From a virus (lineage: Duplodnaviria > Caudoviricetes), in the IMG/VR virus record IMGVR_UViG_3300020043_004254, positions 1-24,818 of that record: DNA of 24,818 nucleotides; one strand, 5' to 3'. Shown piece after piece: positions 1-10,381 of this stretch. The notes beneath the pieces are model-generated. The model was not told the DNA's origin. It did no database searches and saw nothing but the letters and a program-made list of their open reading frames with translations. Made by a program: the position numbers and the translations under genes. Position 1 is the first letter of the stretch, and the number at the start of each line of letters is the position of its first letter.

Positions 1-1
1 C

Positions 2-334
2 ACTAGCTCAAATGCGTCTTTCACCTTCGAAGGCGAGCCCCTCACAGCGGTTCTGGAGACTAAGGAATTCGACGCAGCGCCAGGGCAAATTGCTTACGTT
101 GACCAGGTGCGCCCAATTGTGCAAGGCGGAAGCTCAATCATTACCATTGAGCATGGATACCGAGCGAACCAGCGAGACGACGTTAGCTATGACAACCCAG
201 TCTCTTCTAATGACGACGGGGCTTTTGATGTACGCCGCTCTGCTCGCTTCCACCGCGTGCGAGTTACTATTGCTGGGGGCTTCGAGAAGGCTTTCGGCGT
301 TGACTTGAGGGCAAAGGCTAATGGTAAGCGATAG
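2..334 (+). CDS. 5'-truncated tail/packaged-DNA stabilisation protein (P22 gp10-like), C-terminal part
   Basis: The frame is open from base 2 (TSSNASFTFEGEPLTAVLETKEF...RRSARFHRVRVTIAGGFEKAFGV), so the listed 107 start is internal. The C-terminal pattern and position before ejection-type genes fit podovirus tail hub proteins. Confidence 0.55.
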   Translation, partial: TSSNASFTFEGEPLTAVLETKEFDAAPGQIAYVDQVRPIVQGGSSIITIEHGYRANQRDDVSYDNPVSSNDDGAFDVRRSARFHRVRVTIAGGFEKAFGVDLRAKANGKR

Positions 335-683
335 GTCAGCACTCTTTGGCGGCAAGCTGGGGCAGGTAATGCCTGCGACCACTACCGCACAGACGTTGTA
401 TACAGCACTGGCGACGACTGAAATTACGCGGATAAACATTTGCAACGTCACGAACAACAACGTGACTTATTACCTCTATCACGATGACGGAGGGACGACT
501 TACGCCACGGCGAATGCTCTAGTGTTTAACAAGACGCTTTCAGGGCACGCAACCGACATCATTGAGGCTGCGAGTCAGGGCTCAGGCATTACGATACAGA
601 AGAACGGCTCTATCGGAGTTGCTACTTCTACTGCAAACCATCTCAACTTCACCTGTTACGGCATAGTCCAGAAGGTACGGTAA
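321..683 (+). CDS. Hypothetical virion-associated protein
   Basis: 120 aa, Thr-rich and beta-strand-like; overlaps the upstream stop and lies in the structural operon. Confidence 0.6.
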   Translation: MVSDRSALFGGKLGQVMPATTTAQTLYTALATTEITRINICNVTNNNVTYYLYHDDGGTTYATANALVFNKTLSGHATDIIEAASQGSGITIQKNGSIGVATSTANHLNFTCYGIVQKVR

Positions 684-686
684 ATC

Positions 687-3389
687 ATGGCATTCCCATC
701 TGTCGTAAAGCGCGATGCGTACGGCATCCCAATCATAAACGGGTTCGGCGTTGAAACTATAGAAGACCCTGGGTCAATTCAGTGGGTTTCATCAGGCTCA
801 GGCGGGGGCGTGATGAATTACTTCCAAAACAGGAGGCACCCAACTACCGGAGAAACTTTTGACCAATACAATCAAAGATGGAAAGCGGAAAGGGAAGCCG
901 CATATCAAGAAGCCCTTGGCTATAGAGAATCACGCCAAAACTGGAGAAACTCACCTGAAGGGATGGCGGATTTTGTCCGCAATCAATACAACATTTTAAC
1001 TGGGAGGGCTACTTCTGCTCCGGTCTGGAATCCTTGGCAGCAATCGCAATACCGAGATTATTACATCACCACGCCATTTACTTCAGGGTTTACAGCCCCA
1101 ACAGTGAACGACCCAATGCACGGGGCCGCTTACCAGCAAGCGTGGAATAATTATTATAAGCAATTTGTCCCTTCTGGTTACGACACGCCGTATGCCCCGT
1201 CTGGAAGTATTGCTAGTTATTTTCAGTCTCTGGGCGCTAATTCAAATATTATGGGCGCTGACCCATATTCTGGAAAATATCGAACTACATTCAGTCAGCA
1301 ATATTTGGATTCTGTAAAGAACGACCCGGAACTTTATGATTTTGCGACAAGATGGAATGCGGAGGTAGAAAAAGGCTATCAATGGGGCGCGCAACTCCGC
1401 AATCCTTATAGCCCGTTTTTGAATCTCACCGGGGAAGGCTATCAAGCGCCTGTTCTTAACCAGACAGAGCGTTATGGGGTTAGATACGGCGGAAACCCCG
1501 GCGCACAAGCCATTGGAAACACAAACGATAATCCAATCCCAAACACTCCCGGCGCTGGTCTTTGGGTTTATGGAATTGATGCTAACAATCCAGCGGCGCT
1601 TGCTCAGGCATACCAGAATGTATTCTTTGGGCAAGACGAAGGCGCTCGACGCGCTCTCGCTGCATTCGCGCCTACTCAAAACCCTGATGGTTCGTGGCGT
1701 AAAGCTCAATCATTAGATGAGCTCTACAATTTTGCCGGGGCGCTGGATTCATATTATCGAGGTCTTGCCCAGCAAATTGACCTTCCAAAAAGCGGCATCC
1801 TTGATTCTATTGCAGGCCAAATCATTACGGGCCTTTTAACCTCTGCATTTACCGGGGGCCTTGGGTCTATTGTCGGCGGCCTCTCTGGGAACGTGGCGCT
1901 TGGGAACATAGCGTCCGCTGCTGCAAGTGCTGGCCTTGGGGGCCTTACTGGAGGCGTTCAGGGCGCTATCACTGGCGGCCTTGGCTCTGCCATTGGCTCA
2001 GGCATTGACTTTGCTGGTGGCGTTGGAGACTTCATTAGCAACCCCCTTGATGCCCTTGGTGGTGCGTTTGATATAGGCGCAGGCGCTGCGGGAGGCGCTG
2101 CTGGCGGGCTCCTTGGCATGGCTGATGCCGCCCAAGTTGGCCCTGGCTCTCTGGCTTCTAATACTCCGCCTGTGACTGGGCCGATTGCAGATGAAATCGT
2201 AACTGTTACGGCAAGCGCCCCCGGCTCTACCGGAAATTATGGATGGCTGGCTTCTACGTTGGCTGGTTTAGGGGTTCCGGCGGGGGCTGACCTTCAAATT
2301 GGCCCAACCGGAAACCTTGAGGGTTACAGAGTAACTCTGCCAGACGGAAATATTGATGTTGTTGGATTGAGAAACGACATTCCGCCCGATTTAGTGAATG
2401 GGCAGCCTACCCAATCAAATCAAGGTGGAACGGGAGGGGCAACAAGTGGGAATCTAGCCGGAGGGCCAGTTCAATCTGCTCCGGGTAACGTCGAATATAC
2501 TGGGCAAACTGTCGGGCCTAACGGGCAGCCTGTTTATGAATACACCGTCACAGGAAGCGCCGGACCAGAAATCAATATAGGCGGCGGAGGATTGGGCGCT
2601 GGAACCGCAGGAGCGATTGCCGGAGCAATCACTGGCGGAGCCACTTCAGGCGGAGCTACTACTGGCGGAGCCACCTCAGGCGGGGGGCTTTTGGACACAG
2701 GCGTCACTCCGACAACTCCTGGCACAACCGGAATACCGACAGGCACTCAACCTACTCTGACAGACGAAGAGCTGGCAGCAATACTTGCTGGCGGTGCTAT
2801 TGGGGCTGGCATTGGAGGAAGCGCCATAGGAGGCGCATCAGGTGGCGCGGCAGGCGTAACTCCGGGCGCTGGGATGGGCACAACTACGGGAACTGGAGTA
2901 ACAACCGGCACCGGCCCCACAACCGGCATGGGCACTGGAGTAACACCAGGCACAGGGATGGCAACAGGGCCAACCGGCACCGAGGGCGGGCTCAGTGATG
3001 CAGAGCTTGCTGCCCTCTTGACGGGTGGTGCTGCTGGCTTAGGTCTTGCTGCAACCGGAACAGGAACCGGAACAGGAACCGGAACCGGAACAGGAACCGG
3101 AACAGGAACCGGAACAGGAACCGGAACAGGAACCGGAACAGGAACAGGGACAGGAACCGGGACAGGAACCGGAGACGGCACAGGATTCGGAAACGGCCTA
3201 GACCTTTTGATACCTCAAATGCAGGGCCTTCTACAGACAGGCTTTCAGCCCGGCACTGGCGCAGAGTTCCCGACATTCGACCCAGTGGGCAGTATACTGG
3301 GCGGAGTTAAAACCAATTTCCCGAAGACGCCACAACGCAAGAAGCGCGGCATCCGTGTGAACATTTCTGGGAGGGCAAGAAATGCCTGA
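687..3389 (+). CDS. Large Gly/Thr-rich putative internal virion (ejection) protein
   Basis: 900 aa: aromatic-rich N-terminal half, Gly/Ala hydrophobic middle, (TG)20 tract and basic C-terminus; tightly coupled to neighbours. Function inferred from position and composition. Confidence 0.6.
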   Translation: MAFPSVVKRDAYGIPIINGFGVETIEDPGSIQWVSSGSGGGVMNYFQNRRHPTTGETFDQYNQRWKAEREAAYQEALGYRESRQNWRNSPEGMADFVRNQYNILTGRATSAPVWNPWQQSQYRDYYITTPFTSGFTAPTVNDPMHGAAYQQAWNNYYKQFVPSGYDTPYAPSGSIASYFQSLGANSNIMGADPYSGKYRTTFSQQYLDSVKNDPELYDFATRWNAEVEKGYQWGAQLRNPYSPFLNLTGEGYQAPVLNQTERYGVRYGGNPGAQAIGNTNDNPIPNTPGAGLWVYGIDANNPAALAQAYQNVFFGQDEGARRALAAFAPTQNPDGSWRKAQSLDELYNFAGALDSYYRGLAQQIDLPKSGILDSIAGQIITGLLTSAFTGGLGSIVGGLSGNVALGNIASAAASAGLGGLTGGVQGAITGGLGSAIGSGIDFAGGVGDFISNPLDALGGAFDIGAGAAGGAAGGLLGMADAAQVGPGSLASNTPPVTGPIADEIVTVTASAPGSTGNYGWLASTLAGLGVPAGADLQIGPTGNLEGYRVTLPDGNIDVVGLRNDIPPDLVNGQPTQSNQGGTGGATSGNLAGGPVQSAPGNVEYTGQTVGPNGQPVYEYTVTGSAGPEINIGGGGLGAGTAGAIAGAITGGATSGGATTGGATSGGGLLDTGVTPTTPGTTGIPTGTQPTLTDEELAAILAGGAIGAGIGGSAIGGASGGAAGVTPGAGMGTTTGTGVTTGTGPTTGMGTGVTPGTGMATGPTGTEGGLSDAELAALLTGGAAGLGLAATGTGTGTGTGTGTGTGTGTGTGTGTGTGTGTGTGTGTGTGDGTGFGNGLDLLIPQMQGLLQTGFQPGTGAEFPTFDPVGSILGGVKTNFPKTPQRKKRGIRVNISGRARNA
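3054..3173 (+). repeat. Coding hexamer tandem repeat (ACMGGR)x20 encoding (Thr-Gly)20
   Basis: Directly visible: accggaacaggaaccggaacagga..., 120 bp, in frame within 687..3389. Confidence 0.95.
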
Positions 3390-4254
3390 GACACTTACTA
3401 GTACAACTAATCAAGCCCCGTGGAGTACGCAAGCGCCGTACTTGTCGCAGGGCTTTCAGGCAGCGCAGAACCTTTATCTCCCCGGCGGGGCTCCGGCAGG
3501 TTATCAGTGGTTCACTGACCCGACCACAGGAAGCAGGGCTACGGTATCGCCTCTGACGCAAGAGACGACGAACCTTGTCGGGAGTGTCACGAACCTAGCA
3601 AATCAGCCAAACATTCTAAACCCGGCTGAAGATTATGCGCGGGCTGCGATGTCTGGGCAGTATCTATCTCCATCGTCTAATCCCTACCTCGCAGACATGG
3701 TCACCGCTGCAAGTCAGGCCGCTAGGGACCAGTTCTTGACCTCATCCATTCCGGGCCTCAGTTCTCAATTCGGGATGTCTGGAAGAACCGGAAGCCCAGG
3801 TATGGCAAATGCTTACAACCAGCTTTCCGCAGGGTATGGTCGAGGCATTGCTGACATCGCAACGAATCTTTACGGCACTGCATACGAGAACGAACGCCAG
3901 CGTCAGCAAGAAATGGCCATGTTCGCTCCCGACCTCTTGCAAGCAAGGACTGGCATGTACGGCGCTGGACTGGAAGCTCAAGACATCCTAAACGAACAAC
4001 GCCAGAGAGAACTCACCGACCGCGTAAATCGTTTTAACTTCGAGCAAGCGGCTCCCTCTGAGGCTCTACAGCGTTATCTCAAGTCTGTTTCTGGGCAGTT
4101 TGGGCAGCAGACCACGCAGACGGAGCAGGTATTCCAGCCAGAACAGTGGACGCAGATTCTCGGTGGCCTTGGGGCGCTTTCTCAGTCTGGATTGCTCGGT
4201 GGAATTCTTGATGCTGGCGGGGACTTTGTGGATTGGATCGGGAATCTCTTTTAA
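3382..4254 (+). CDS. Putative DNA ejection/pilot protein
   Basis: 290 aa; N-terminal [16 protein letters not shown], Gln/Ala-rich helical body and Gly-rich hydrophobic C-terminus, typical of podovirus DNA-transfer proteins. Confidence 0.6.
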   Translation: MPETLTSTTNQAPWSTQAPYLSQGFQAAQNLYLPGGAPAGYQWFTDPTTGSRATVSPLTQETTNLVGSVTNLANQPNILNPAEDYARAAMSGQYLSPSSNPYLADMVTAASQAARDQFLTSSIPGLSSQFGMSGRTGSPGMANAYNQLSAGYGRGIADIATNLYGTAYENERQRQQEMAMFAPDLLQARTGMYGAGLEAQDILNEQRQRELTDRVNRFNFEQAAPSEALQRYLKSVSGQFGQQTTQTEQVFQPEQWTQILGGLGALSQSGLLGGILDAGGDFVDWIGNLF

Positions 4255-4263
4255 GGAAAAACC

Positions 4264-5391
4264 ATGGCAAGAATAACCGACGCAATCAATCAGGGCCTTG
4301 AGAACTTAAGCACCAGTCCTTTGGGCATGGCAAGCCTTGGGCTTTTGATGCAGCCCTCAATGAGCAGGGAACCAATTAATCCTTGGGCATACGCGGCCAA
4401 GGGCCTTGAGATGGGAATGCAGAACCGACAGCTTGCTGCACAACAGAAGTCGGAAGCGGAACTTCAGGCGATGCGTCGCAATGCGTACGCGCGGAAAATC
4501 ATGCAGTTCAATCAGGAGCAGCAAAAAGCCCGAGAGGAAGAGGCGAGGCGGGCTCGGCAAGAAGCAGCGTTCAATGAGGTAAGAAGCCAAGTCACGGACC
4601 CGATGGAATTGGCGCTTTTGTCCGCAATGCCGGAAGAGGCTGTAAAACAATTCTTGAAGCAGCGGTTTCCTGAGAAGCCAAGTCCTACCACCCTTGAGCA
4701 GAACTTAGGGCTTGCGGGGCTAATAAAGGGCACCCCAGAATTCCAGCAGGCAATGATGACGGCAATCAATCGTCCTCCATTGCAGATTGGAACTACTGAT
4801 AAACCTTTAACGGTTTCAGAACTTGGTGGGTTGCGCGCCCCGGGTGGGCAAATGCTTCCGTATGGAACAACTCAACAGGAAGCCGCAAGGATAGGTGCTT
4901 CACCAGTATCGCCTCCGCTCCCTTTAACGCCTAAGCAGCAAATGGAAAACAAAGCCCAAGAGGCACAAAGGCAACTGCAAGCCAAGCAGGAATATGCGCG
5001 GCAACAGGCAGCCAGAGAGGTGGCAAGGCTTCAGGAATTCTTGAGAGGGAAAGGTCCCTCGGCCGCCTTTAGCCCGAAAGACAGGGCTTCGTATGCAACC
5101 ATTGCAGATGCGGCAGCAAACGCCCTTGCAAAAGCTAGGGGGACTCCCGGAGCAGAGCCCCCTAGAGAATCCATCGACAGAGCAAGAGCATCTTTGCCTT
5201 CTCTAGAAGAATTGATGTATCCAGAAAGTTTTGGAAATATTTCTGGGTCCAAAATTCAATTACTGCTTGAAGAGCTTGGAGTTGGCGCTGAGAGCACGCC
5301 GGCTATGCCGCCTCCTAACCAAGGCGCGCCAGTGAGAAGCGAATCCGACTTTGAAGAGCGCCTACGTAAATACGTCCCGAGCGCACGCTAA
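4264..5391 (+). CDS. Putative DNA ejection/internal virion protein
   Basis: 375 aa with Q/A/E/R coiled-coil segments; SD-like AAGGA upstream of the ATG; lies between other ejection-type genes. Confidence 0.55.
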   Translation: MARITDAINQGLENLSTSPLGMASLGLLMQPSMSREPINPWAYAAKGLEMGMQNRQLAAQQKSEAELQAMRRNAYARKIMQFNQEQQKAREEEARRARQEAAFNEVRSQVTDPMELALLSAMPEEAVKQFLKQRFPEKPSPTTLEQNLGLAGLIKGTPEFQQAMMTAINRPPLQIGTTDKPLTVSELGGLRAPGGQMLPYGTTQQEAARIGASPVSPPLPLTPKQQMENKAQEAQRQLQAKQEYARQQAAREVARLQEFLRGKGPSAAFSPKDRASYATIADAAANALAKARGTPGAEPPRESIDRARASLPSLEELMYPESFGNISGSKIQLLLEELGVGAESTPAMPPPNQGAPVRSESDFEERLRKYVPSAR

Positions 5392-7376
5392 TGGCTGAAT
5401 ATTCTTATGCAGACCTGAAGAAAGCATTTATTGCCGCAGACGCAGCAGGAGACGCTGAGAGCGCCAGAATGTTTGCTGAGAGGCTGGTCCAGATGCAGCA
5501 GCCATCAACCCCAGAATACGCCCCCCCGACTGAGGGTATGTCTGGGATGGAGCAGTTTGTTGCAGGAATTGCCGCTGGGGCTCAACGCCCAGCAATGGCC
5601 GCCGCACAACTTACGCCCGCAATTTCACAGCAAGACATTGCAGAACGAGAGCGCCTCAACGCCCCTCTGATGGAGACATTTCCGGGGAAAGCTGGAGCGT
5701 TTGTCGGGGAGGTTGGAGCAATGCTTCCGTTTGCAGCTTTAGGCGCAGGCTCAATTCCGGGGATGATGGGCGCTGGCGCAGCAACGGGCGCAGCCTTTAC
5801 TCCGGGAGGAATGCAGGAGCGAGCGACAGGGGCCGCGATTGGTGGCGCTCTCGGGCCTGTTGCAGAAGGCGCAAAGCGATTGGTGCGTGGTGCTACTGAA
5901 TTCGGGAAAAGCGCCATTGAGCCTCTGCTTCCGAGCGGCCCAGAGCGAATTGCCGCAAGAACTATTCAGAGAATGGCCACTGACCCCAGCGCGGTCATGC
6001 GGGCACCGCAATATCAGCCTTCAATTCCGGGCTATCAGCCAACACTCGCAGAGGCAACCTTAGACCCCGGCATTGCTCAGCTTCAACGTGGATTGCCGGA
6101 GCCTGGCCAGCTTGCTCTTTCAGAGCAGGCCAACGTGCAAGCCCTGACGCGCGGAATTGAAAACATAGCCGGAACTCCAGAGGCTCTTGCGGAGGCTCAG
6201 GCTATTAGGTCAAAAATATCCACGCCGCTTTATACGGCGGCCAGAAAAAGCCAAAACCTTGTAGATACCACCCGAACGGTCAACCTTATTGACAGGCTTT
6301 CAAAGGCGAACCCCTCAACGGTTGGCCCGCAGCTCAAATCAATTCGAGAGTCTTTGTTCGTAGAGTATATGCCGCAAGAGCGCGCCCGAGATGCGTACAA
6401 GGTTTTGAATGAGGTCTTGTCTGGGCGGAACGCGAGCGCCCCCGGCTCTACAGAAATGAAAACAGTGCGCACGATTGTTGGGCGGGTTAGGGATGGAAAG
6501 ATAACACCCGACGCTGCGCTTTCTCAGCTTAAAGGGCTGTCCCCAAAACGCGCTGACTTTAGCGATGCTTTGGCCTTGACGAAAGACATCTTAAAAACCC
6601 CAGACTATGTTATTCAGCAGGGTTCGCAGCAACTTATGGACGCTGCCGGAATGGTGCAGGAACTTGCGAGCAAGAAGGAAAACAAGTTCATTCGAAAACA
6701 GCTTCGCACCGTCCAGAAGTCTTTGGAAAACCAAATCAAAAAAGCCGTCCCAGAGTTTGGGCAGGCAGAGGCCGCTTTTAGGAAGGCCAGCGTCCCGATT
6801 AACCAGATGCAAATTGGTGAGAAACTTTATAAAAGCCTGGTTCCTTCTTTGGCTCAAGGCACGGACTTAAATCAAATAACTGCGCGCGAGTTTGCGAAGG
6901 CCGCGTCAAATCTTGACGAAATAGCAAGGCAAGCAACTGGAGCCCCAAGAGGGTCGCGCGCGTCTAGTGTAATGACGCCTGAGCAGATGCAAACCATTGA
7001 GGCAACCCGCCAAGCTCTTGCAAGACGAGAACAAGCAAGAATGTTAGGGGCTCCAACAGGCTCGCCGACTGCTCAGAATCTTGCAACGGAAAACATCTTG
7101 AGAAGGACTCTTGGTCCGGTCGGATTTCCGCAAACCATGACAGAGCAGACAATCCTGCCTTCCCTTGCGGGGCCTGCTGCGATGTTTGGAAAGGGCCTTC
7201 AGGCGTTAGGTGTTGAGAGGCGGGTACAAGAGGAGCTTGCCAGGCAGATGATGAACCCAGCGGCGGCTGCGGCTGCGGCTCAAAGAATTCCGGCGCTAGG
7301 ACAACCAACCCGTGGCCTACTGGATTACATAACGCCTGCGCTGCCATCAATTGGCCTTGGGATGTACAACCCATAA
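5391..7376 (+). CDS. Putative large DNA ejection/transfer protein
   Basis: 661 aa, Ala/Gln-rich; N-terminal AADAAGDAESARMFA and a GAATGAA-type Gly/Ala segment; TAATG coupling at both ends; last gene before the lysis genes. Confidence 0.6.
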   Translation: MAEYSYADLKKAFIAADAAGDAESARMFAERLVQMQQPSTPEYAPPTEGMSGMEQFVAGIAAGAQRPAMAAAQLTPAISQQDIAERERLNAPLMETFPGKAGAFVGEVGAMLPFAALGAGSIPGMMGAGAATGAAFTPGGMQERATGAAIGGALGPVAEGAKRLVRGATEFGKSAIEPLLPSGPERIAARTIQRMATDPSAVMRAPQYQPSIPGYQPTLAEATLDPGIAQLQRGLPEPGQLALSEQANVQALTRGIENIAGTPEALAEAQAIRSKISTPLYTAARKSQNLVDTTRTVNLIDRLSKANPSTVGPQLKSIRESLFVEYMPQERARDAYKVLNEVLSGRNASAPGSTEMKTVRTIVGRVRDGKITPDAALSQLKGLSPKRADFSDALALTKDILKTPDYVIQQGSQQLMDAAGMVQELASKKENKFIRKQLRTVQKSLENQIKKAVPEFGQAEAAFRKASVPINQMQIGEKLYKSLVPSLAQGTDLNQITAREFAKAASNLDEIARQATGAPRGSRASSVMTPEQMQTIEATRQALARREQARMLGAPTGSPTAQNLATENILRRTLGPVGFPQTMTEQTILPSLAGPAAMFGKGLQALGVERRVQEELARQMMNPAAAAAAAQRIPALGQPTRGLLDYITPALPSIGLGMYNP

Positions 7377-7903
7377 TGGCCGACTTCACCAAAGCCCATG
7401 CCTTTGTTGCCAAGTGGGAGGGGGGTTACGTTAACGACCCCCAAGACCCTGGCGGGGAGACCATCTTCGGGATATCCCGCAGAGCGCATCCGCATTGGCC
7501 TGGCTGGAAGCTGGTGGATACCGGAGACAGGGGCTCGGAGGCACTAAAGAGAGACACTGAGAAGCTCTACCGGATGGCCTATTGGGGGCCGCTACTGGCA
7601 GACCAGTATCCCTCTCAGAGACTTGCTACTCTGGTTTATCAGGCTGCTGTAAACTGTGGCGTGAGCACTGCTTCCAGATGGTTGCAGGAATGCCTGAACA
7701 AGTCAGGCGCAGAACTTAAGATTGATGGAAAAGTGGGGAACCATACCCTGCACGCGATTTTCGAGGCCGAGAGAGAAGCCCGGACCTCGCAAGTGGTTGA
7801 GGACTTCAAGGGTCGGCAGAAGGAACATTACTACGCACTGGCGAGAAACCCAGGGCGCGAGAAGTTCCTAATTGGCTGGCTGAACAGAGTCAACAGCGCG
7901 TGA
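7376..7903 (+). CDS. Endolysin, glycoside hydrolase family 108 with C-terminal peptidoglycan-binding domain
   Basis: Signature EGGYVNDPQDPGGETIFGI and C-terminal KFLIGWLNRV. Confidence 0.92.
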   Translation: MADFTKAHAFVAKWEGGYVNDPQDPGGETIFGISRRAHPHWPGWKLVDTGDRGSEALKRDTEKLYRMAYWGPLLADQYPSQRLATLVYQAAVNCGVSTASRWLQECLNKSGAELKIDGKVGNHTLHAIFEAEREARTSQVVEDFKGRQKEHYYALARNPGREKFLIGWLNRVNSA

Positions 7904-7910
7904 GGGCGTA

Positions 7911-8111
7911 ATGGAAATCCATCGAGACATTGGTCGGCATGATGCCGAGATTGAGACCCTGCAAAAAGAGATTGCAGAGCTTCGGCATGAAATCAAGCAA
8001 ATCAGCAAAATCCTGAACGAGGCCCGTGGCGGCTGGCGCACGATGATGCTGTTAGGTGGGGCTGCTGGTGCTGTAGGCGCTGCCTTTGCGAAGCTGGCGC
8101 AGTTCCATTGA
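7911..8111 (+). CDS. Small coiled-coil protein with C-terminal membrane anchor (lysis cassette)
   Basis: 66 aa; heptad pattern followed by hydrophobic MMLLGGAAGAVGAAFA; between endolysin and holin. Confidence 0.65.
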   Translation: MEIHRDIGRHDAEIETLQKEIAELRHEIKQISKILNEARGGWRTMMLLGGAAGAVGAAFAKLAQFH

Positions 8112-8515
8112 TTGCAGAAACCATCGCCGGAGTCTTTGGGAAGGTCCTAGATAAAGCCTTTCCCGACCCAATCCAGAAAGCCCAAGTGGCTGCGGAACTC
8201 GAACGCCTCAAACAGGACGGGGCCTTTCGGGAGCTGGAGATTGCCATCGGCGCAATCAAGGCTGAGGCCGCCAGTTCAGACCCGTGGACCTCTAGAGCCC
8301 GGCCTTCCTTCCTGTACGTCTTCTATTTCATCCTCCTAGGCTTGGTCATCCTTGCCCCTGTCCTTGGAATCTTCCAGCCCGCAGGAATGCAGCAGTTTTT
8401 CCTGAACGTCAAACTAGGCTTTGAGGCTATCCCAGAAGCCCTGTGGTGGACGTTCTCTGCTGGATATCTCGGGTATACCACTGCACGAACCTATGAGAAG
8501 GGGAAACTTCAATGA
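8108..8515 (+). CDS. Holin (3TM, GTA-holin-like family)
   Basis: LDKAFPDP, AEAASSDPWTSRARP, a hydrophobic helix and GYLGYTTARTYEK are characteristic. TTG start overlaps the upstream TGA. Confidence 0.8.
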   Translation: MIAETIAGVFGKVLDKAFPDPIQKAQVAAELERLKQDGAFRELEIAIGAIKAEAASSDPWTSRARPSFLYVFYFILLGLVILAPVLGIFQPAGMQQFFLNVKLGFEAIPEALWWTFSAGYLGYTTARTYEKGKLQ

Positions 8516-8886
8516 TGGGATTACTTGACCCGCGCCTGATGGCGTACCTCCAGCAGCGAGGCGTCACGCCTGAGATGCTTGCCCAAAGAATGCAGCAGGG
8601 TATGCCTGCTCAGCCACGCCCGCAGATGCCGCCTCAGATGCCGCGTCCGATGCAAACCGGACTCGCGGGTCAGATACCTCCTCAGATGCAGACCGGTCTT
8701 GCGGGGCAGATACCCAGGCCAATGCCTCAGATGCAGGCGGGCCTGACGGGTCAGATGCTGAACCCTATAATGCCTCGACCGATGCCTCCGCAAATGCAGC
8801 GCCCGATGATGCCCCAGACCAACCCTGGCATGGTGAATCCTCAGCTGTTTAATCCGATGATGAATCCAATGAATAGGCCGCGGTGA
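8512..8886 (+). CDS. Pro/Met/Gln-rich low-complexity hypothetical protein
   Basis: 124 aa; ATGA and GTGA overlaps with both neighbours; three MQ(T/A)GL(A/T)GQ repeats with synonymous codon variation, which supports coding status. Confidence 0.65.
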   Translation: MMGLLDPRLMAYLQQRGVTPEMLAQRMQQGMPAQPRPQMPPQMPRPMQTGLAGQIPPQMQTGLAGQIPRPMPQMQAGLTGQMLNPIMPRPMPPQMQRPMMPQTNPGMVNPQLFNPMMNPMNRPR

Positions 8887-9836
8887 AGCCAGTAGATTAT
8901 GACCGCCTGAACAAGTTCAGGGCTGATTGGCTGCAAGCAAAAAATCTCGGATGGAACACCGAACAGCTTGCTTCGCGCCTGGGGATTACGCTCCGGCAGA
9001 CTTTCCAGCGCAGGAGGCAGACTGAAAAGTTCTTCGGAGACGGGCTTCCGTCTCTGGGGAACAACAACAACATCCCGAACCTTGACCATCAAGAAATCAA
9101 GCCGGGGCGGTACATCATCGCCTCGGACTTGCACATCTGGCCCAACGTCCACTCAAGGGCTGAGGATGCTTTCGTCAAGGTCCTTTCAACTCATCACTTT
9201 GATGGGCTGATTCTGAACGGGGACGTGTTGGACGGGCCTGCTGTCAGCAGGTACGGCAAAAGGATGGCGGAAGATATTCCGCATATTGTTGATGAAGTGT
9301 CTAATGCCCAAGCTCGGGTGCGCGACTATGTGAAGGCTTCAAAGAACAAAAAAATCGCGCGCCACCTTATTCGAGGAAATCATGACTGGCGGCTGGAGAA
9401 CTACTTGCTTAACAACGCCCCGGCGGTTGAAGGACTGCCAGGCACCCAGCTCGAAGATATCTTCCCAGACTTCATGATTTCCATGTCCGCAAACATCACG
9501 GACAGAATCATTATCAAGCACCGCTGGCACGCTGGCGTCCATGCGGCCTACAACAATGCCGTCAGGTCACACACTGCGGCAATGATTACGGGAGACACGC
9601 ACAGGCTTCAGCTCACGCGATACTCTGCTTATGGCGGGGTTACCTATGGGGTGGAGACAGGCTTCCTAGCCGACCGCTACGGGCCACAGTTCAGCTACAC
9701 CGAGAACAATCCACAAAACTGGTGCGAGGGCTTCTGTGTTCTGGATGTTGAAGACGAAGAGCCCCACATAGAGCTGATTGATTGTTCTCGAAAGAGCCCC
9801 AGGTTTATGGGTAGGCCGATTCATGGAAATCGTTGA
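8883..9836 (+). CDS. Calcineurin-like metallophosphoesterase with N-terminal HTH-like segment
   Basis: Motifs in order: SDLH, NGDVLD, RGNHD, IKH, GDTH. N-terminal TEQLASRLGITLRQ. Confidence 0.85.
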   Translation: MKPVDYDRLNKFRADWLQAKNLGWNTEQLASRLGITLRQTFQRRRQTEKFFGDGLPSLGNNNNIPNLDHQEIKPGRYIIASDLHIWPNVHSRAEDAFVKVLSTHHFDGLILNGDVLDGPAVSRYGKRMAEDIPHIVDEVSNAQARVRDYVKASKNKKIARHLIRGNHDWRLENYLLNNAPAVEGLPGTQLEDIFPDFMISMSANITDRIIIKHRWHAGVHAAYNNAVRSHTAAMITGDTHRLQLTRYSAYGGVTYGVETGFLADRYGPQFSYTENNPQNWCEGFCVLDVEDEEPHIELIDCSRKSPRFMGRPIHGNR

Positions 9837-10017
9837 CCTTGATGACCGCAGACGCAAGAGGCACAAGTTTGGCTCCTACGCCTGCGGGGATTGTGGCTTC
9901 GAGATGTGGGCTCTGTGGACTGACAACAAGGTGACCTGCTGTAATTGCGGGGCCATGGCTGCCGACCTTCTTGTTACCAGTCCTTCGAAAGAGCCGCCGC
10001 CCACCGAGCATTCGTAA
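9823..10017 (+). CDS. Small Zn-ribbon protein
   Basis: From ATG 9823: MEIVDLDDRRRK...CGDCG...CCNCG, two CxxC pairs; overlaps the upstream stop. Confidence 0.6.
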   Translation: MEIVDLDDRRRKRHKFGSYACGDCGFEMWALWTDNKVTCCNCGAMAADLLVTSPSKEPPPTEHS

Positions 10018-10381
10018 ATCCGAGTTGAGTAGCGAAAGGCTCTGGGATGAAGTACCGAGTCCGATGGTCATAGACCGCCCCGTTCTGGTCAACCACATAC
10101 GTCTTAACTGACGCCTGCTTGCGGATTCCGGGGTTGGGGTCGTTCTTCTTCCCTCTCCATGACGCCCAAGGGTCAGGTGCGGTATCAACGACCTTCATTC
10201 GGCCCTTCAGAAGCCCTGCGTGCAGCTTTGCACATTCCCAAGCCTCTGCGTCCCCTTCCTTGCGGGTCGGGAACCGATACCCCAGAGAAGCAGAGCCTCC
10301 CGTTACCTTGGCGAGCATCGGTCGGTAGATGGTGTCGAAGAAGTATTTAACGTCCTTTTGGAACTGCGTTAGTGCAATCAT
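9974..10381 (-). CDS. Hypothetical protein, last gene of the leftward operon
   Basis: 135 aa; ATGA overlap with the methyltransferase stop and GGAGG upstream. Confidence 0.6.
   Translation of the reverse strand: MIALTQFQKDVKYFFDTIYRPMLAKVTGGSASLGYRFPTRKEGDAEAWECAKLHAGLLKGRMKVVDTAPDPWASWRGKKNDPNPGIRKQASVKTYVVDQNGAVYDHRTRYFIPEPFATQLGFTNARWAAALSKDW

Noticed and set aside
2534-3276. Minus-strand ORFs with (PV)n and (FRFL)n repeats
   Set aside because: Antisense shadows of the (TG)20 and Gly-rich coding repeats on the plus strand.
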